Assembly: GCA_000743035.1 (NCBI GenBank)
Contig: CP008936.1
Span: 1,230,001-1,262,000 of the forward strand
Reading direction: 5' to 3'
Source of the DNA: Candidatus Paracaedimonas acanthamoebae
Lineage (GTDB): Bacteria > Pseudomonadota > Alphaproteobacteria > Caedimonadales > Caedimonadaceae
Length of the DNA: 32,000 nt
Position numbers and translations under genes: made by a program. Below, piece after piece: positions 8,926 to 17,478 of the stretch. Position 1 is the stretch's first letter; each line of letters opens with the position of its first letter. The notes beneath the pieces are model-generated. The model ran no database searches. It had not been told where the DNA came from and was given only the letters and a program-made list of their open reading frames with translations.

Positions 8926-9990
8926 TTACATAAAGTCGTGCTCAATTTCCGCCGTGGTTTCTTTCCCAATCTTATCAAAGTTTTCACGAAGCCACTCGCG
9001 TCCCATCCGGCGACCGGCTTGGAAAAGATAGTCTAAGAAGTCAGGATCTGCACAAAAACCACTGGCACGATCGATGCTTCCAAAGAAGGCATCATCTCGA
9101 ATCATATGCATATGAAGACGCTTCATCTTGCCCGCAGGAATCGTTCCATTATCAATCAACTGCGTGATAAAATGAATGGCCCGCATTTCACGCGTTAAGC
9201 AAGCGTTTTGTGTGATCTCTCCTAACCTATTTGAGATTTCATGAGAGGTATAAGGCATCTTTGGATCATGAACACGCCGAATCTGGATCACGAGAATATC
9301 AGGCGTTTCACAATTATAAATGAGCGGATAAATGGGCGGGTTTCCAATGAATCCACCATCCCAATAAAATTCTCCATCGATCTCTCGTGCTTGGAAAAGT
9401 GTTGGGACACAAGCACTTGCCAAGACAGCCTCTTCTGAAAGCTCTTTCCCAGAAAAGATTTTTAATTTTCCGGTTGCAACGTGCGTTGCACACAAAAACA
9501 GCTTGGGATCTTGGGAAGCCGCCAATGCATTAAAATCAAAAAGTTCCCTCACCACTTTTTGCAGAGGATGAGTATTCATCGGATTCAACTGATAAGGCGA
9601 CAAGAAACTCGACATATATTGCATCATAATAAACATCGGGTTACTCGAAATATCAAAATCCTTAACCAGTTTCTTTATAGGATTCGGTTTGATGGGGCTT
9701 GTTTTAGAGGATTCACCAATCTTATGCCAAAGACGCGTTAGATATTCACGTGCTCCTTGATTGCCATTCTTAAGTAATCCCATGGCTGTCGCGGTTGCAT
9801 TCATACCGCCAGCACTTGTCCCTGCAATGCCTTCAATATCAATCCTCTCATCTTCTAAAAGAGCATCCAGAACACCCCAGGTATAAGCTCCATGGGAACC
9901 GCCTCCTTGCAAGGCCACGTTAATGCGCTTCTTTGTGCCTTTTGTCTCTTGTTGGGGCTTTTCTTCAGATGTCTTTTTTACGTTTGCCAT
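8926..9990 (-). CDS. patatin-like phospholipase
   Basis: Oxyanion motif ALQGGGSHGAY, nucleophile elbow GTSAGG (GxSxG), catalytic Asp in WDGGFIGNPP. No signal peptide; charged N-terminus. GGAG RBS upstream. Confidence 0.9.
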   Translation of the reverse strand: MANVKKTSEEKPQQETKGTKKRINVALQGGGSHGAYTWGVLDALLEDERIDIEGIAGTSAGGMNATATAMGLLKNGNQGAREYLTRLWHKIGESSKTSPIKPNPIKKLVKDFDISSNPMFIMMQYMSSFLSPYQLNPMNTHPLQKVVRELFDFNALAASQDPKLFLCATHVATGKLKIFSGKELSEEAVLASACVPTLFQAREIDGEFYWDGGFIGNPPIYPLIYNCETPDILVIQIRRVHDPKMPYTSHEISNRLGEITQNACLTREMRAIHFITQLIDNGTIPAGKMKRLHMHMIRDDAFFGSIDRASGFCADPDFLDYLFQAGRRMGREWLRENFDKIGKETTAEIEHDFM

Positions 9991-10157
9991 TTCATTTTCT
10001 CCTTTGGCGATTAAGCCTTTTGACCTTTTTTATAGGTTCTCTGGGACTTTCCTATCTTCCATAAATGATACTGCTCTATTCTTTCACTATTCAAAATTAA
10101 AGTTAATTTTTCGTAACTTATTCTGGATTTTTTAATAAATGAGCCTAAACTCATTTT

Positions 10158-10685
10158 ATGACACGCCTAAAAAAAGATTATTTCTCTCAACCAACACTTG
10201 AAGTGGCAAAGGATTTACTCGGGAAAGAGCTTATTTTTAGAGAATACAAGGGGCTTATTACTGAAACCGAGGCCTACATAGGTCAAGATGATCCAGCCTG
10301 CCATGCGGCTCGGGGAAAAACCCCACGCACTACGGTGATGTTTGGCCCCGCTGGCGTTAGCTATGTTTACCTCATTTACGGGATGTATTTTTGTCTTAAC
10401 ATTGTCACAGAAGCTGAAGGTTTTCCTGCAGCAGTCCTGCTTCGTGGGTTACATCTTAAACACCCAGAAAGCAAAAACCTTAACGGTCCAGGAAAACTCT
10501 GTAAGCACCTAGGCATTACGCGCGAGCATAATGGGCTTGATCTCACGACGTCTGATGTTTTCTATGTCCAAGATAACAGCCTTAAACCAGGATATATTGC
10601 AACCCCTCGTATTGGCATCAAAGTAGGAACCGAAAAGTTATGGCGATTCATCATTATCGAAGACTTTTCAGCGATTCATGATTAA
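10158..10685 (+). CDS. mpg: DNA-3-methyladenine glycosylase (Mpg/AAG family)
   Basis: The 175-aa ORF shows family hallmarks: FSQPTLEVAKDLLGKEL, ITETEAYIGQDDPACHAARGKTPRT, MFGPAGVSYVYLIYGMYFCLNIVT, AVLLRG. Confidence 0.9.
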   Translation: MTRLKKDYFSQPTLEVAKDLLGKELIFREYKGLITETEAYIGQDDPACHAARGKTPRTTVMFGPAGVSYVYLIYGMYFCLNIVTEAEGFPAAVLLRGLHLKHPESKNLNGPGKLCKHLGITREHNGLDLTTSDVFYVQDNSLKPGYIATPRIGIKVGTEKLWRFIIIEDFSAIHD

Positions 10686-11089
10686 AAAAAACCATATTAT
10701 CAAGCTCTTGCATATTATGCTCTCTCTCGTTCAAGAGACAGGGCGTAAAGAAAGTTAAAGGAAAGAACTTTATCGAACTAGTGTTTAGGGGAAGAAGAAT
10801 CGGCTATATTAGGGGGAGGAAAAGGGTAACCGATTCTTCTTGTTCTTCAGTTACTTTTGAGCAACCTTGGAATATCTTAACCATACTAAAGTTCTTTAGG
10901 ATACGACTACTTCTCATTTGATATATGAGGTTTGCACATATGAATACCTCACGCATTGTAGCCCATTCCTTTTAATTAAATATAATTTTTTCTTTTTAAG
11001 TCAATTACTTATTGTATTTACTATTGATATACCCCCATAAAATTACTATATTCATAGAACCAACAAAAAAATAGTGAAGTAGAGGCACG

Positions 11090-11992
11090 ATGGATCTAGC
11101 CCATTTAAGAACATTTTACATTATTGCACGAGAAGGCAGCCTTACTAAGGCCGCTCATATCTTAAATACAAGTCAATCTTCTTTAAGCCGAACTTTACAA
11201 ATGCTTGAGTATTATGCAAAAACCCAACTATTTGAAAGGCATGCAAGAGGCTTAAAATTGACGCTGCAAGGCGAAAAAGTCTTTCACCATGCGCAAAAAA
11301 TGGTGCAAGAGCATGACGCTTTTAAACATTCTTTTCTTAATGATTTTAATGAGACTGAAGGTGAACTAAAAATTCTTACAACACCTGGAGTAGCATCTAT
11401 ATGGTTACCAGAAATCATTCCTGAATTTTTAAAAAAGTATCCAAATATACAGTTAGATATTAATAGTTCTCTCACAAATTTAGAAAAGGATATTGAAAAA
11501 GCTGATATTCTTATTCGCACACGTATAGACCACCATCCTAACCTTGTTCAAAAGCGAGTCTTAGAATCTCCCTATAAGTTATGGGCAAGCCCTAAATATT
11601 TACAAGAATTTGGTATTCCCCAATCCGCGGAAGATTTAGATCATCATCGATTGCTTGTGTTTGAAAAGGCTCAATTTAATGTTTTAGCAAATAATCATTG
11701 GATTTTAGAGGTTGGAGCTAACCTAGAGAAACCCCGGCAACCATTCCTTATTATGAACTCTTTAGAAGGATTAATAAGTTGTGCTAAAAATGGCTTAGGA
11801 ATCATTCAAATGCCGATGGTTCTTGCTCATATTAGAAACAGGGATGATGCATTAGTGTCTGTTTTAGAAGAATTAGAAGAGCCTGGTATAGGAATTTTGT
11901 GCATATACCCACTAAAAACAAAAAACATTAAAAGAATTACTCTGTTTTCTGATTATTTAGAAGAATTATTTAAAAATAATATCCCTATATAA
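11090..11992 (+). CDS. LysR-family transcriptional regulator
   Basis: N-terminal wHTH LRTFYIIAREGSLTKAAHILNTSQSSLSRTLQMLE...LFERHARGLKLTLQGEKV, followed by a LysR substrate-binding-type domain of about 200 aa. Confidence 0.9.
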   Translation: MDLAHLRTFYIIAREGSLTKAAHILNTSQSSLSRTLQMLEYYAKTQLFERHARGLKLTLQGEKVFHHAQKMVQEHDAFKHSFLNDFNETEGELKILTTPGVASIWLPEIIPEFLKKYPNIQLDINSSLTNLEKDIEKADILIRTRIDHHPNLVQKRVLESPYKLWASPKYLQEFGIPQSAEDLDHHRLLVFEKAQFNVLANNHWILEVGANLEKPRQPFLIMNSLEGLISCAKNGLGIIQMPMVLAHIRNRDDALVSVLEELEEPGIGILCIYPLKTKNIKRITLFSDYLEELFKNNIPI

Positions 11993-12402
11993 TAATGTAG
12001 CCCTCTAAGTAATGGTAGGATTTCTATTAAAAATTTCAAAAAATGTTTCTCAGAGGGCTAATTCTTTACTATATTTTATTTTTTTTTACAGATAAACATA
12101 GTTTGCATTGGTATAATTGTATTTTCAAAAATAGTCTTTTTCATAGTTGTATCCTTTCATTAACAGAGTTTTGCTTGGCAAGATTCATTATTTATGTCCA
12201 AGAATAGTGTTGTTTCATGTTTGATTTTGACTGAGAAGCATAATTAAGTCCTACTTACCATGCATTTTTGTCATAGCCTAAAATTTTGATTAAATACAGT
12301 TTAAATTAATTATTTTTATCAAATATAAGTTTTGTCTTGTAACCCAAATTTGGAATTTAAAACTTTGAACTCATTGCTTGAGGCTCTGCAAGGAATCTAT
12401 CC

Positions 12403-14571
12403 TTATTTCCGGTGCTTCTTACGAGAAGAAAATGAGGTCTTTTTTTGAGTTTCAGCAGGCAAGAATGTTAATCCTCCCAATAAAGGCTCAGCCTCGTGTA
12501 ATGTCACCTTAAGACGATCACCTAAGGTGTAGACACGCTTTTTCCGGCGCCCCACGACGCGTTGTTTCTTCTGATCATAAGCATAGTAATCATCTGCTAA
12601 TAATCTTAAAGGAACAATGCCATCAGCGCCATTTTCTTCAATTGTGACAAACATTGCAAATTCAGTAACACCGTTAATGCGCGCCATAAAGCTTTCGCCT
12701 ATTTTATCTTTCAGATAAGCCGCCACATATCGCTCAGTCGTTTCGCGCTCAGCTGTTGCCGCGACCCTTTCCGTCAAGCTAATGTGTTCAGCAACGGCTT
12801 TCAGCTGCGGCAAAGTATAAGAAAATGGGGTGTCTTTATTTTTGGCCATCGCATCCACAAGCGCCCGGTGAACGACTAAATCTGCATACCGTCGAATGGG
12901 AGAGGTGAAATGGCAATAGCGCGGCAAGTTCAGCCCAAAATGTCCTATATTTTCCGGACTATAGACGGCTTGCGCTTGAGCACGCAACACCAGCTGATTG
13001 ATCGCTCCTTGGGCGAGTGATTCTTTTGCCTTCTCAAGAATATGATTAAAGATTTTTGGCCGTACTGCTTGGCCTTTCGGCAGCGATAAATCAAAGCCTT
13101 TTAAAAACTCACGCAAGGCATCAACTTTTTCAAGAGAAGGCTCATCGTGAACTCGATACATACAAAGATGCTGACGCGTTTCAAGTTCTATTGCTGCGGC
13201 GACATTGGCTAAAATCATGAATTCTTCAATAAGGCGATGGCTTGTAAAACGTGGCCGTGGAGCAATCTTGGCCACTTGTCCTTGCTCATCAAGATAGATT
13301 CTCTCTTCAGGCATATCTAAGTCTAAAGGCCCGCGCTTATCTCGTTCAATGCAGAGCGAGTTATAGGCTCCATAAAGAGGGCGAATGACTGTTTTAATAA
13401 AATCTTGCGAAAGATCGGTCTTTTGCCCTTCAAAGGCCGCTTGTGTCTTTGTATACGTCAATCTTGCCGCTGACCGCATTAAAGCGCGCGTAAACTTATG
13501 CTTTAAAAGGCGACCACTTTGATTAATCCAAAGATGCACAGCAAGACATGCACGATCTTCTTGGGGCTTAAGCGAGCAAATATTGTTAGACAAAGCTTCT
13601 GGAAGCATCGGGACCACACGATCAGGAAAGTAGACTGAATTCCCTCGGCGATAGGCTTCTTGATCTAAGGCATCTTTAGGGGTTACGTAGGCCGACACAT
13701 CCGCAATGGCCACAATAAGATGCCAACCTTTTGAGTTTTTTGGATCCGTGTCAGGAGCTGCCCATATTGCATCATCAAAGTCCCGTGCATCCTCATCATC
13801 AATGGTCACAAGAGGAATATCACGGAGGTCTTCTCGAGTGCCTAATGGCGGGACTTTCGCCTTTCCAGCCAATTCAATTGATTGAGGCGAAAACTCGTGG
13901 GGTAATTCATACGTATGAATCGCAATAAGGCTAATGGATTTAGGGGTGTTTAATGATCCAAGTATTTTGGTCACCTTAAGGGATTCACCCCGCTTTCCTT
14001 GGATCCACTCTGCTTCTACAAGATCATTGTGTTGAGCATTAAATGTTTGGCCTGCAGGAATGAGATACTCAACCTTGCGCCGTTTTTCGGGAAGGATGAG
14101 TCGTCCTCCTTCGCCATCCAGCTCAAAAACTCCCATAACACGATGGGATTTTTCATCAAACTTGCGAACAAATTCTGCCTCGAGAGCTTTAGGGGCCTTT
14201 AACCGAACCAAAGCAAGGTCTTCAGAATTTAATTGATTGATTTTATTTGACTTTGAAAAAACCCTGATTAAAGGCTTCTCTTCATGTTCCGGCCATATTT
14301 CCGGACACCCTAGAAGATACCCCTCCTCATCAACACCTGTGATTTTAACGACCAAAAGATTCAACTGGCCTTTACGTTGGTAATATTTCCCGCGCTGTTG
14401 AATGGCTTGCTTTTCCACAAGTTCTTTCAACATTTTTTTCAGAATAATCCGATCATTTCCTTTAATATGAAAAGCTTGCGCAATTTCACGGCGGCGGATT
14501 TGACCTTCATGACTGTTAATAAAACCCAAAATATCTTCTGGACTTGGAAATTTTTGAGAAGAAGAAGCCAA
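12403..14571 (-). CDS. rnr: ribonuclease R (RNase II/VacB family 3-prime-5-prime exoribonuclease)
   Basis: 722 aa. RNB catalytic region (TIDDEDARDFDDAIW, HFGL, YCHFTSPIRRYADLVVHR), C-terminal S1 domain (GVTEFAMFVTIEENGADGIVPL) and a basic tail. A TTG start is forced by an in-frame TAG immediately upstream. Confidence 0.95.
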   Translation of the reverse strand: MASSSQKFPSPEDILGFINSHEGQIRRREIAQAFHIKGNDRIILKKMLKELVEKQAIQQRGKYYQRKGQLNLLVVKITGVDEEGYLLGCPEIWPEHEEKPLIRVFSKSNKINQLNSEDLALVRLKAPKALEAEFVRKFDEKSHRVMGVFELDGEGGRLILPEKRRKVEYLIPAGQTFNAQHNDLVEAEWIQGKRGESLKVTKILGSLNTPKSISLIAIHTYELPHEFSPQSIELAGKAKVPPLGTREDLRDIPLVTIDDEDARDFDDAIWAAPDTDPKNSKGWHLIVAIADVSAYVTPKDALDQEAYRRGNSVYFPDRVVPMLPEALSNNICSLKPQEDRACLAVHLWINQSGRLLKHKFTRALMRSAARLTYTKTQAAFEGQKTDLSQDFIKTVIRPLYGAYNSLCIERDKRGPLDLDMPEERIYLDEQGQVAKIAPRPRFTSHRLIEEFMILANVAAAIELETRQHLCMYRVHDEPSLEKVDALREFLKGFDLSLPKGQAVRPKIFNHILEKAKESLAQGAINQLVLRAQAQAVYSPENIGHFGLNLPRYCHFTSPIRRYADLVVHRALVDAMAKNKDTPFSYTLPQLKAVAEHISLTERVAATAERETTERYVAAYLKDKIGESFMARINGVTEFAMFVTIEENGADGIVPLRLLADDYYAYDQKKQRVVGRRKKRVYTLGDRLKVTLHEAEPLLGGLTFLPAETQKKTSFSSRKKHRK

Positions 14572-14796
14572 AGTAACCTATCTTTTTTTGAGTAATAATT
14601 TCTTATTTTAAAGGGTTTTAAGCTGAAAGGCTAGCTTCCATTCATTACGTTAGGCATATTAATGAAATGAAAAGTGAAAATATTCTTATTAAAATAGTAT
14701 AAGCTGTTGTTTTATAATGTTTTTGTGCATAACTTTAAGATGAAAGAAATTAACAAAAAAGGAAGTAAATATCCCTCTTCTTAAGAGTGGGCAAGA

Positions 14797-15081
14797 TTAC
14801 TCTGCACAAACCGACTTACCACTGATAGGATCTTTATATTTAATTTTGTAATCGTCGCGACAACCTTTGGGTTCACTAGGAACTTCAGGAGGATTTTGAT
14901 ATTGATTGATGAGGGCAGATATTTCATCTTCCCAACTAGATTTTTGAGCTGTTTCTTTTGTTTTGAGTGATGGTCTTTTTTTAGATTCATTAATATCAGT
15001 AAGTAAATTACTGGCACTTAAAACACTTGAAAAGATCAAATTAATTGCCAAACTTAGTAGTGATGCTTTTGTGACAGACAT
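14797..15081 (-). CDS. hypothetical small secreted protein with C-terminal Cys-x18-Cys loop
   Basis: 94 aa. Signal peptide MSVTKASLLSLAINLIFSSVLSA. GAGG lies 6 nt upstream of the ATG. C-terminus GCRDDYKIKYKDPISGKSVCAE. The overlapping 14781-15017 frame has neither a signal peptide nor an RBS. Confidence 0.5.
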   Translation of the reverse strand: MSVTKASLLSLAINLIFSSVLSASNLLTDINESKKRPSLKTKETAQKSSWEDEISALINQYQNPPEVPSEPKGCRDDYKIKYKDPISGKSVCAE

Positions 15082-15203
15082 TGTTTACCTCATAACCTTT
15101 TGAAGGTTTCCAATTAAAGCGAATGGCAATAAGCAAAAAACATAACTGCTCATCTCCTGCAAAAATCTTAGACCTTTTGTATTAGAAATGTCAAATCGAT
15201 AAT

Positions 15204-16223
15204 TTATTCTGTAAGCTCATCTTTAGATTCCAAAAAAACTTCAGTATAAATTTGAGGGACAAGGGTAGAATATAAAGAATTTGGACTTAACTCATGTAAG
15301 TCAACACCTTTCAGCATCATTTCTATCTCAGTATTACACACAACATTAAAACTATTTTTTTCAACGACTGAAATCTTTCTATTAGGATTATCTTCGAAAA
15401 CAAGTCCCATGATTGAACCGTCAACACTTCCAATATGAATCCCTATTATTTCACCCGTTTTTTTGGCAAATAACGCAGCTCCACTTGAACCCGCTAAGGT
15501 GCTTATTTTATGCGTTGAATCTGTTGATAAAAGTTTTCCTTTATTTTCTCTTTGATTTAACGTTCCTAGAGGATAATGGTACAGAATCGCTTTTGTAGTT
15601 TTACCTGAAGTAACAATAACTTCACTAATTTTAGGAAGCTTAGCGTGAGTTCCTGCTATAACTTTAGGAAGGACTTCAGCGGGATATTGCCCACTCAGTA
15701 TATAAGGTCCTATAAACAAACAGATGTCTTTTCCTAATTCAGAACTAAACAAGATTTTTGTTACCTCTATTTTTGCGAAATAACTTCTTTTTTGATTATC
15801 TGTGGAAGTGCTGTTTTGATAAAAAGTCCAGTTAGGTGTATAGCGGTATTTTTTCTTATCATGACCAAGAAAAACTTCAAGGAAAACATGTAATGATGTA
15901 ATCCCTGTTCCCATCAAAATACCGTCGTCCTTTTCTTCAATTTTAAGAAGAGTTCCGGTGCCTTTTCCTCCACTTTGACTGGCCAATTGCCCACAATACC
16001 ATCCCTGAGAAAAATTTTGAGGATTTGATGCGGGAAAAAGCTTATTGAAAGTCTCCTCATCAAGCTTGTCACCATCTTTTAAATGATGCTTTTTAACATC
16101 TTCCTCTAATAATCCTTCTAAAGTTGACGTTGCTTTACCACTTGAGTGTGGAAATATGAGAAATATAAATAAAAAATATATAAACTTGCCAATACTCAGC
16201 TTTTTCATTACAAAATTTCTCAT
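15204..16223 (-). CDS. secreted trypsin/chymotrypsin-fold serine protease (putative)
   Basis: Signal peptide (MKKLSIGKFIYFLFIFLIFPHSSGKA). Candidate catalytic triad in the usual order: His in GITSLHVF, Asp in GKDICLF, Ser in LAGSSGAALF, followed by IIGIHIGS. The start could instead be the ATG at 16208. Confidence 0.6.
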   Translation of the reverse strand: MRNFVMKKLSIGKFIYFLFIFLIFPHSSGKATSTLEGLLEEDVKKHHLKDGDKLDEETFNKLFPASNPQNFSQGWYCGQLASQSGGKGTGTLLKIEEKDDGILMGTGITSLHVFLEVFLGHDKKKYRYTPNWTFYQNSTSTDNQKRSYFAKIEVTKILFSSELGKDICLFIGPYILSGQYPAEVLPKVIAGTHAKLPKISEVIVTSGKTTKAILYHYPLGTLNQRENKGKLLSTDSTHKISTLAGSSGAALFAKKTGEIIGIHIGSVDGSIMGLVFEDNPNRKISVVEKNSFNVVCNTEIEMMLKGVDLHELSPNSLYSTLVPQIYTEVFLESKDELTE

Positions 16224-16429
16224 GTTAACATACAGTTACCCAGCCGTTTAATGTATTTCTATTTCACAAAACTGTCAATTCCCGATCCCGTCCTTTATCA
16301 ATCTAAAACCAAAAGTAGATTAGAAAAGTTGCTTTAACGATCTCTTTACGTTTCTTGTAAAGTAACCCTTTTTTCCTCTATAATGTATGGTCACTAGATA
16401 CCTTACTTTTTGATTAGAAAGCAGACACT

Positions 16430-16741
16430 ATGGCCCCCTCTTATAAACATCATGTTTTCATTTGCCAAAATCAACGCCCTGAAGGCCATCCTCGCGGATG
16501 TTGCCTGGCAAAAGGAGCTGATAAAATTTTGGAATATATGAAAATACGGATCAAAGAGTTAGGACTTAAAAATATTCGTATCAATAAAGCTGGTTGTCTT
16601 GATCAATGTGAAAAAGGCCCTGCTGTCGTCATTTACCCTGAGGGAACATGGTATACCATCAAGACAATTGAAGACGCTGAAACCCTTATTCAATCTCATC
16701 TTATTCAAGATCAAAAAGCGACAGAACTTTTAATGAAGTGA
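16430..16741 (+). CDS. thioredoxin-like [2Fe-2S] ferredoxin domain protein
   Basis: 103 aa. HVFICQNQR...GCC...KAGCLDQCEKGPAVVIYPEGTWY, the typical Cys pattern and fold signature of this family. Confidence 0.85.
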   Translation: MAPSYKHHVFICQNQRPEGHPRGCCLAKGADKILEYMKIRIKELGLKNIRINKAGCLDQCEKGPAVVIYPEGTWYTIKTIEDAETLIQSHLIQDQKATELLMK

Positions 16742-16977
16742 GAAGCTTTCCACCATAAATTAAGAATAATTGTCAGAAGCTTGTGTTTCCGACACTTGCT
16801 TAGCATAGTTCAGTATAACCTCAATATTCTCTGTCGTCTCAAAATTCAATGGATTTTTAGTTCTCCAGCCCCGCATGCCGTATTTTCCTAAGCCTGGCAT
16901 AGTGAATTCAAATGCGCTCATTTTAGCACTGATGTAGACATGCTGATTAGGGTTTACTCCCAATCGATTTTGTAGAC

Positions 16978-17295
16978 TTAAAAAGGAAAAAGCTCATATT
17001 TGAAAGGAATATTTTTAAGATCATTTTCTTGTATTTTATCAAATATATTTTTGCCATATATGCTAATAAGCTTAAGATCTTCTTTTGTAAAAATTGTAGG
17101 CAAAAGTTTTTCTTTTACGCCAGAAAAGTCATCAGAAACTGCCAATAATTCTTCTTCACTCATTGTTAGTACGTTATTAATAGCAGAAAGACATTTAGTT
17201 GTAGTTTTTCTCTCATCTGGCTTTAAATTATCCGTACAAAAACTGTTACTTGATAAAAAAGCAATGGTTAATAAAGTCGCAAAAAAGGTTTTCAT
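16978..17295 (-). CDS. hypothetical small secreted protein
   Basis: 105 aa. Signal peptide MKTFFATLLTIAFLSSNSF. GGAG RBS 6 nt upstream of the ATG. No recognisable domain. Confidence 0.5.
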   Translation of the reverse strand: MKTFFATLLTIAFLSSNSFCTDNLKPDERKTTTKCLSAINNVLTMSEEELLAVSDDFSGVKEKLLPTIFTKEDLKLISIYGKNIFDKIQENDLKNIPFKYELFPF

Positions 17296-17478
17296 ACTTT
17301 CTCCAGTCCATAAGAAAAAGAATTTTTATAAGCTATATGGGAACTATTTTCTTAATTTCAAATTTTAACTTTTAGAATGCCAAAAAAGCAAAAAACAATT
17401 TCAGAAATTCTATTTGGCTTTTACTTTATTCTTTTTTTATGCGAGACTGAGAGATAATTAAATCCCTCTACATAGCTC

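Noticed and set aside
10792-10841. A 12-bp inverted repeat downstream of mpg as an intrinsic terminator
   Set aside because: It has a 26-nt loop and no U-tract on either strand, so it was kept only as an unexplained inverted repeat in a finding.
14781-15017. 78-aa ORF overlapping 14797-15081 in another frame
   Set aside because: The competing frame has the signal peptide and the GAGG RBS; this one has neither.
16760-16963. 67-aa minus-strand ORF between the ferredoxin gene and the 16978-17295 gene
   Set aside because: It has a TTG start without an RBS, no signal peptide and no recognisable motif. It could be a real small gene or a relic, but support is insufficient.
17000-17368. 122-aa plus-strand ORF
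   Set aside because: It is antisense to the better-supported 16978-17295 gene (RBS plus signal peptide), and its translation is Ser/Leu/Phe-rich shadow sequence.
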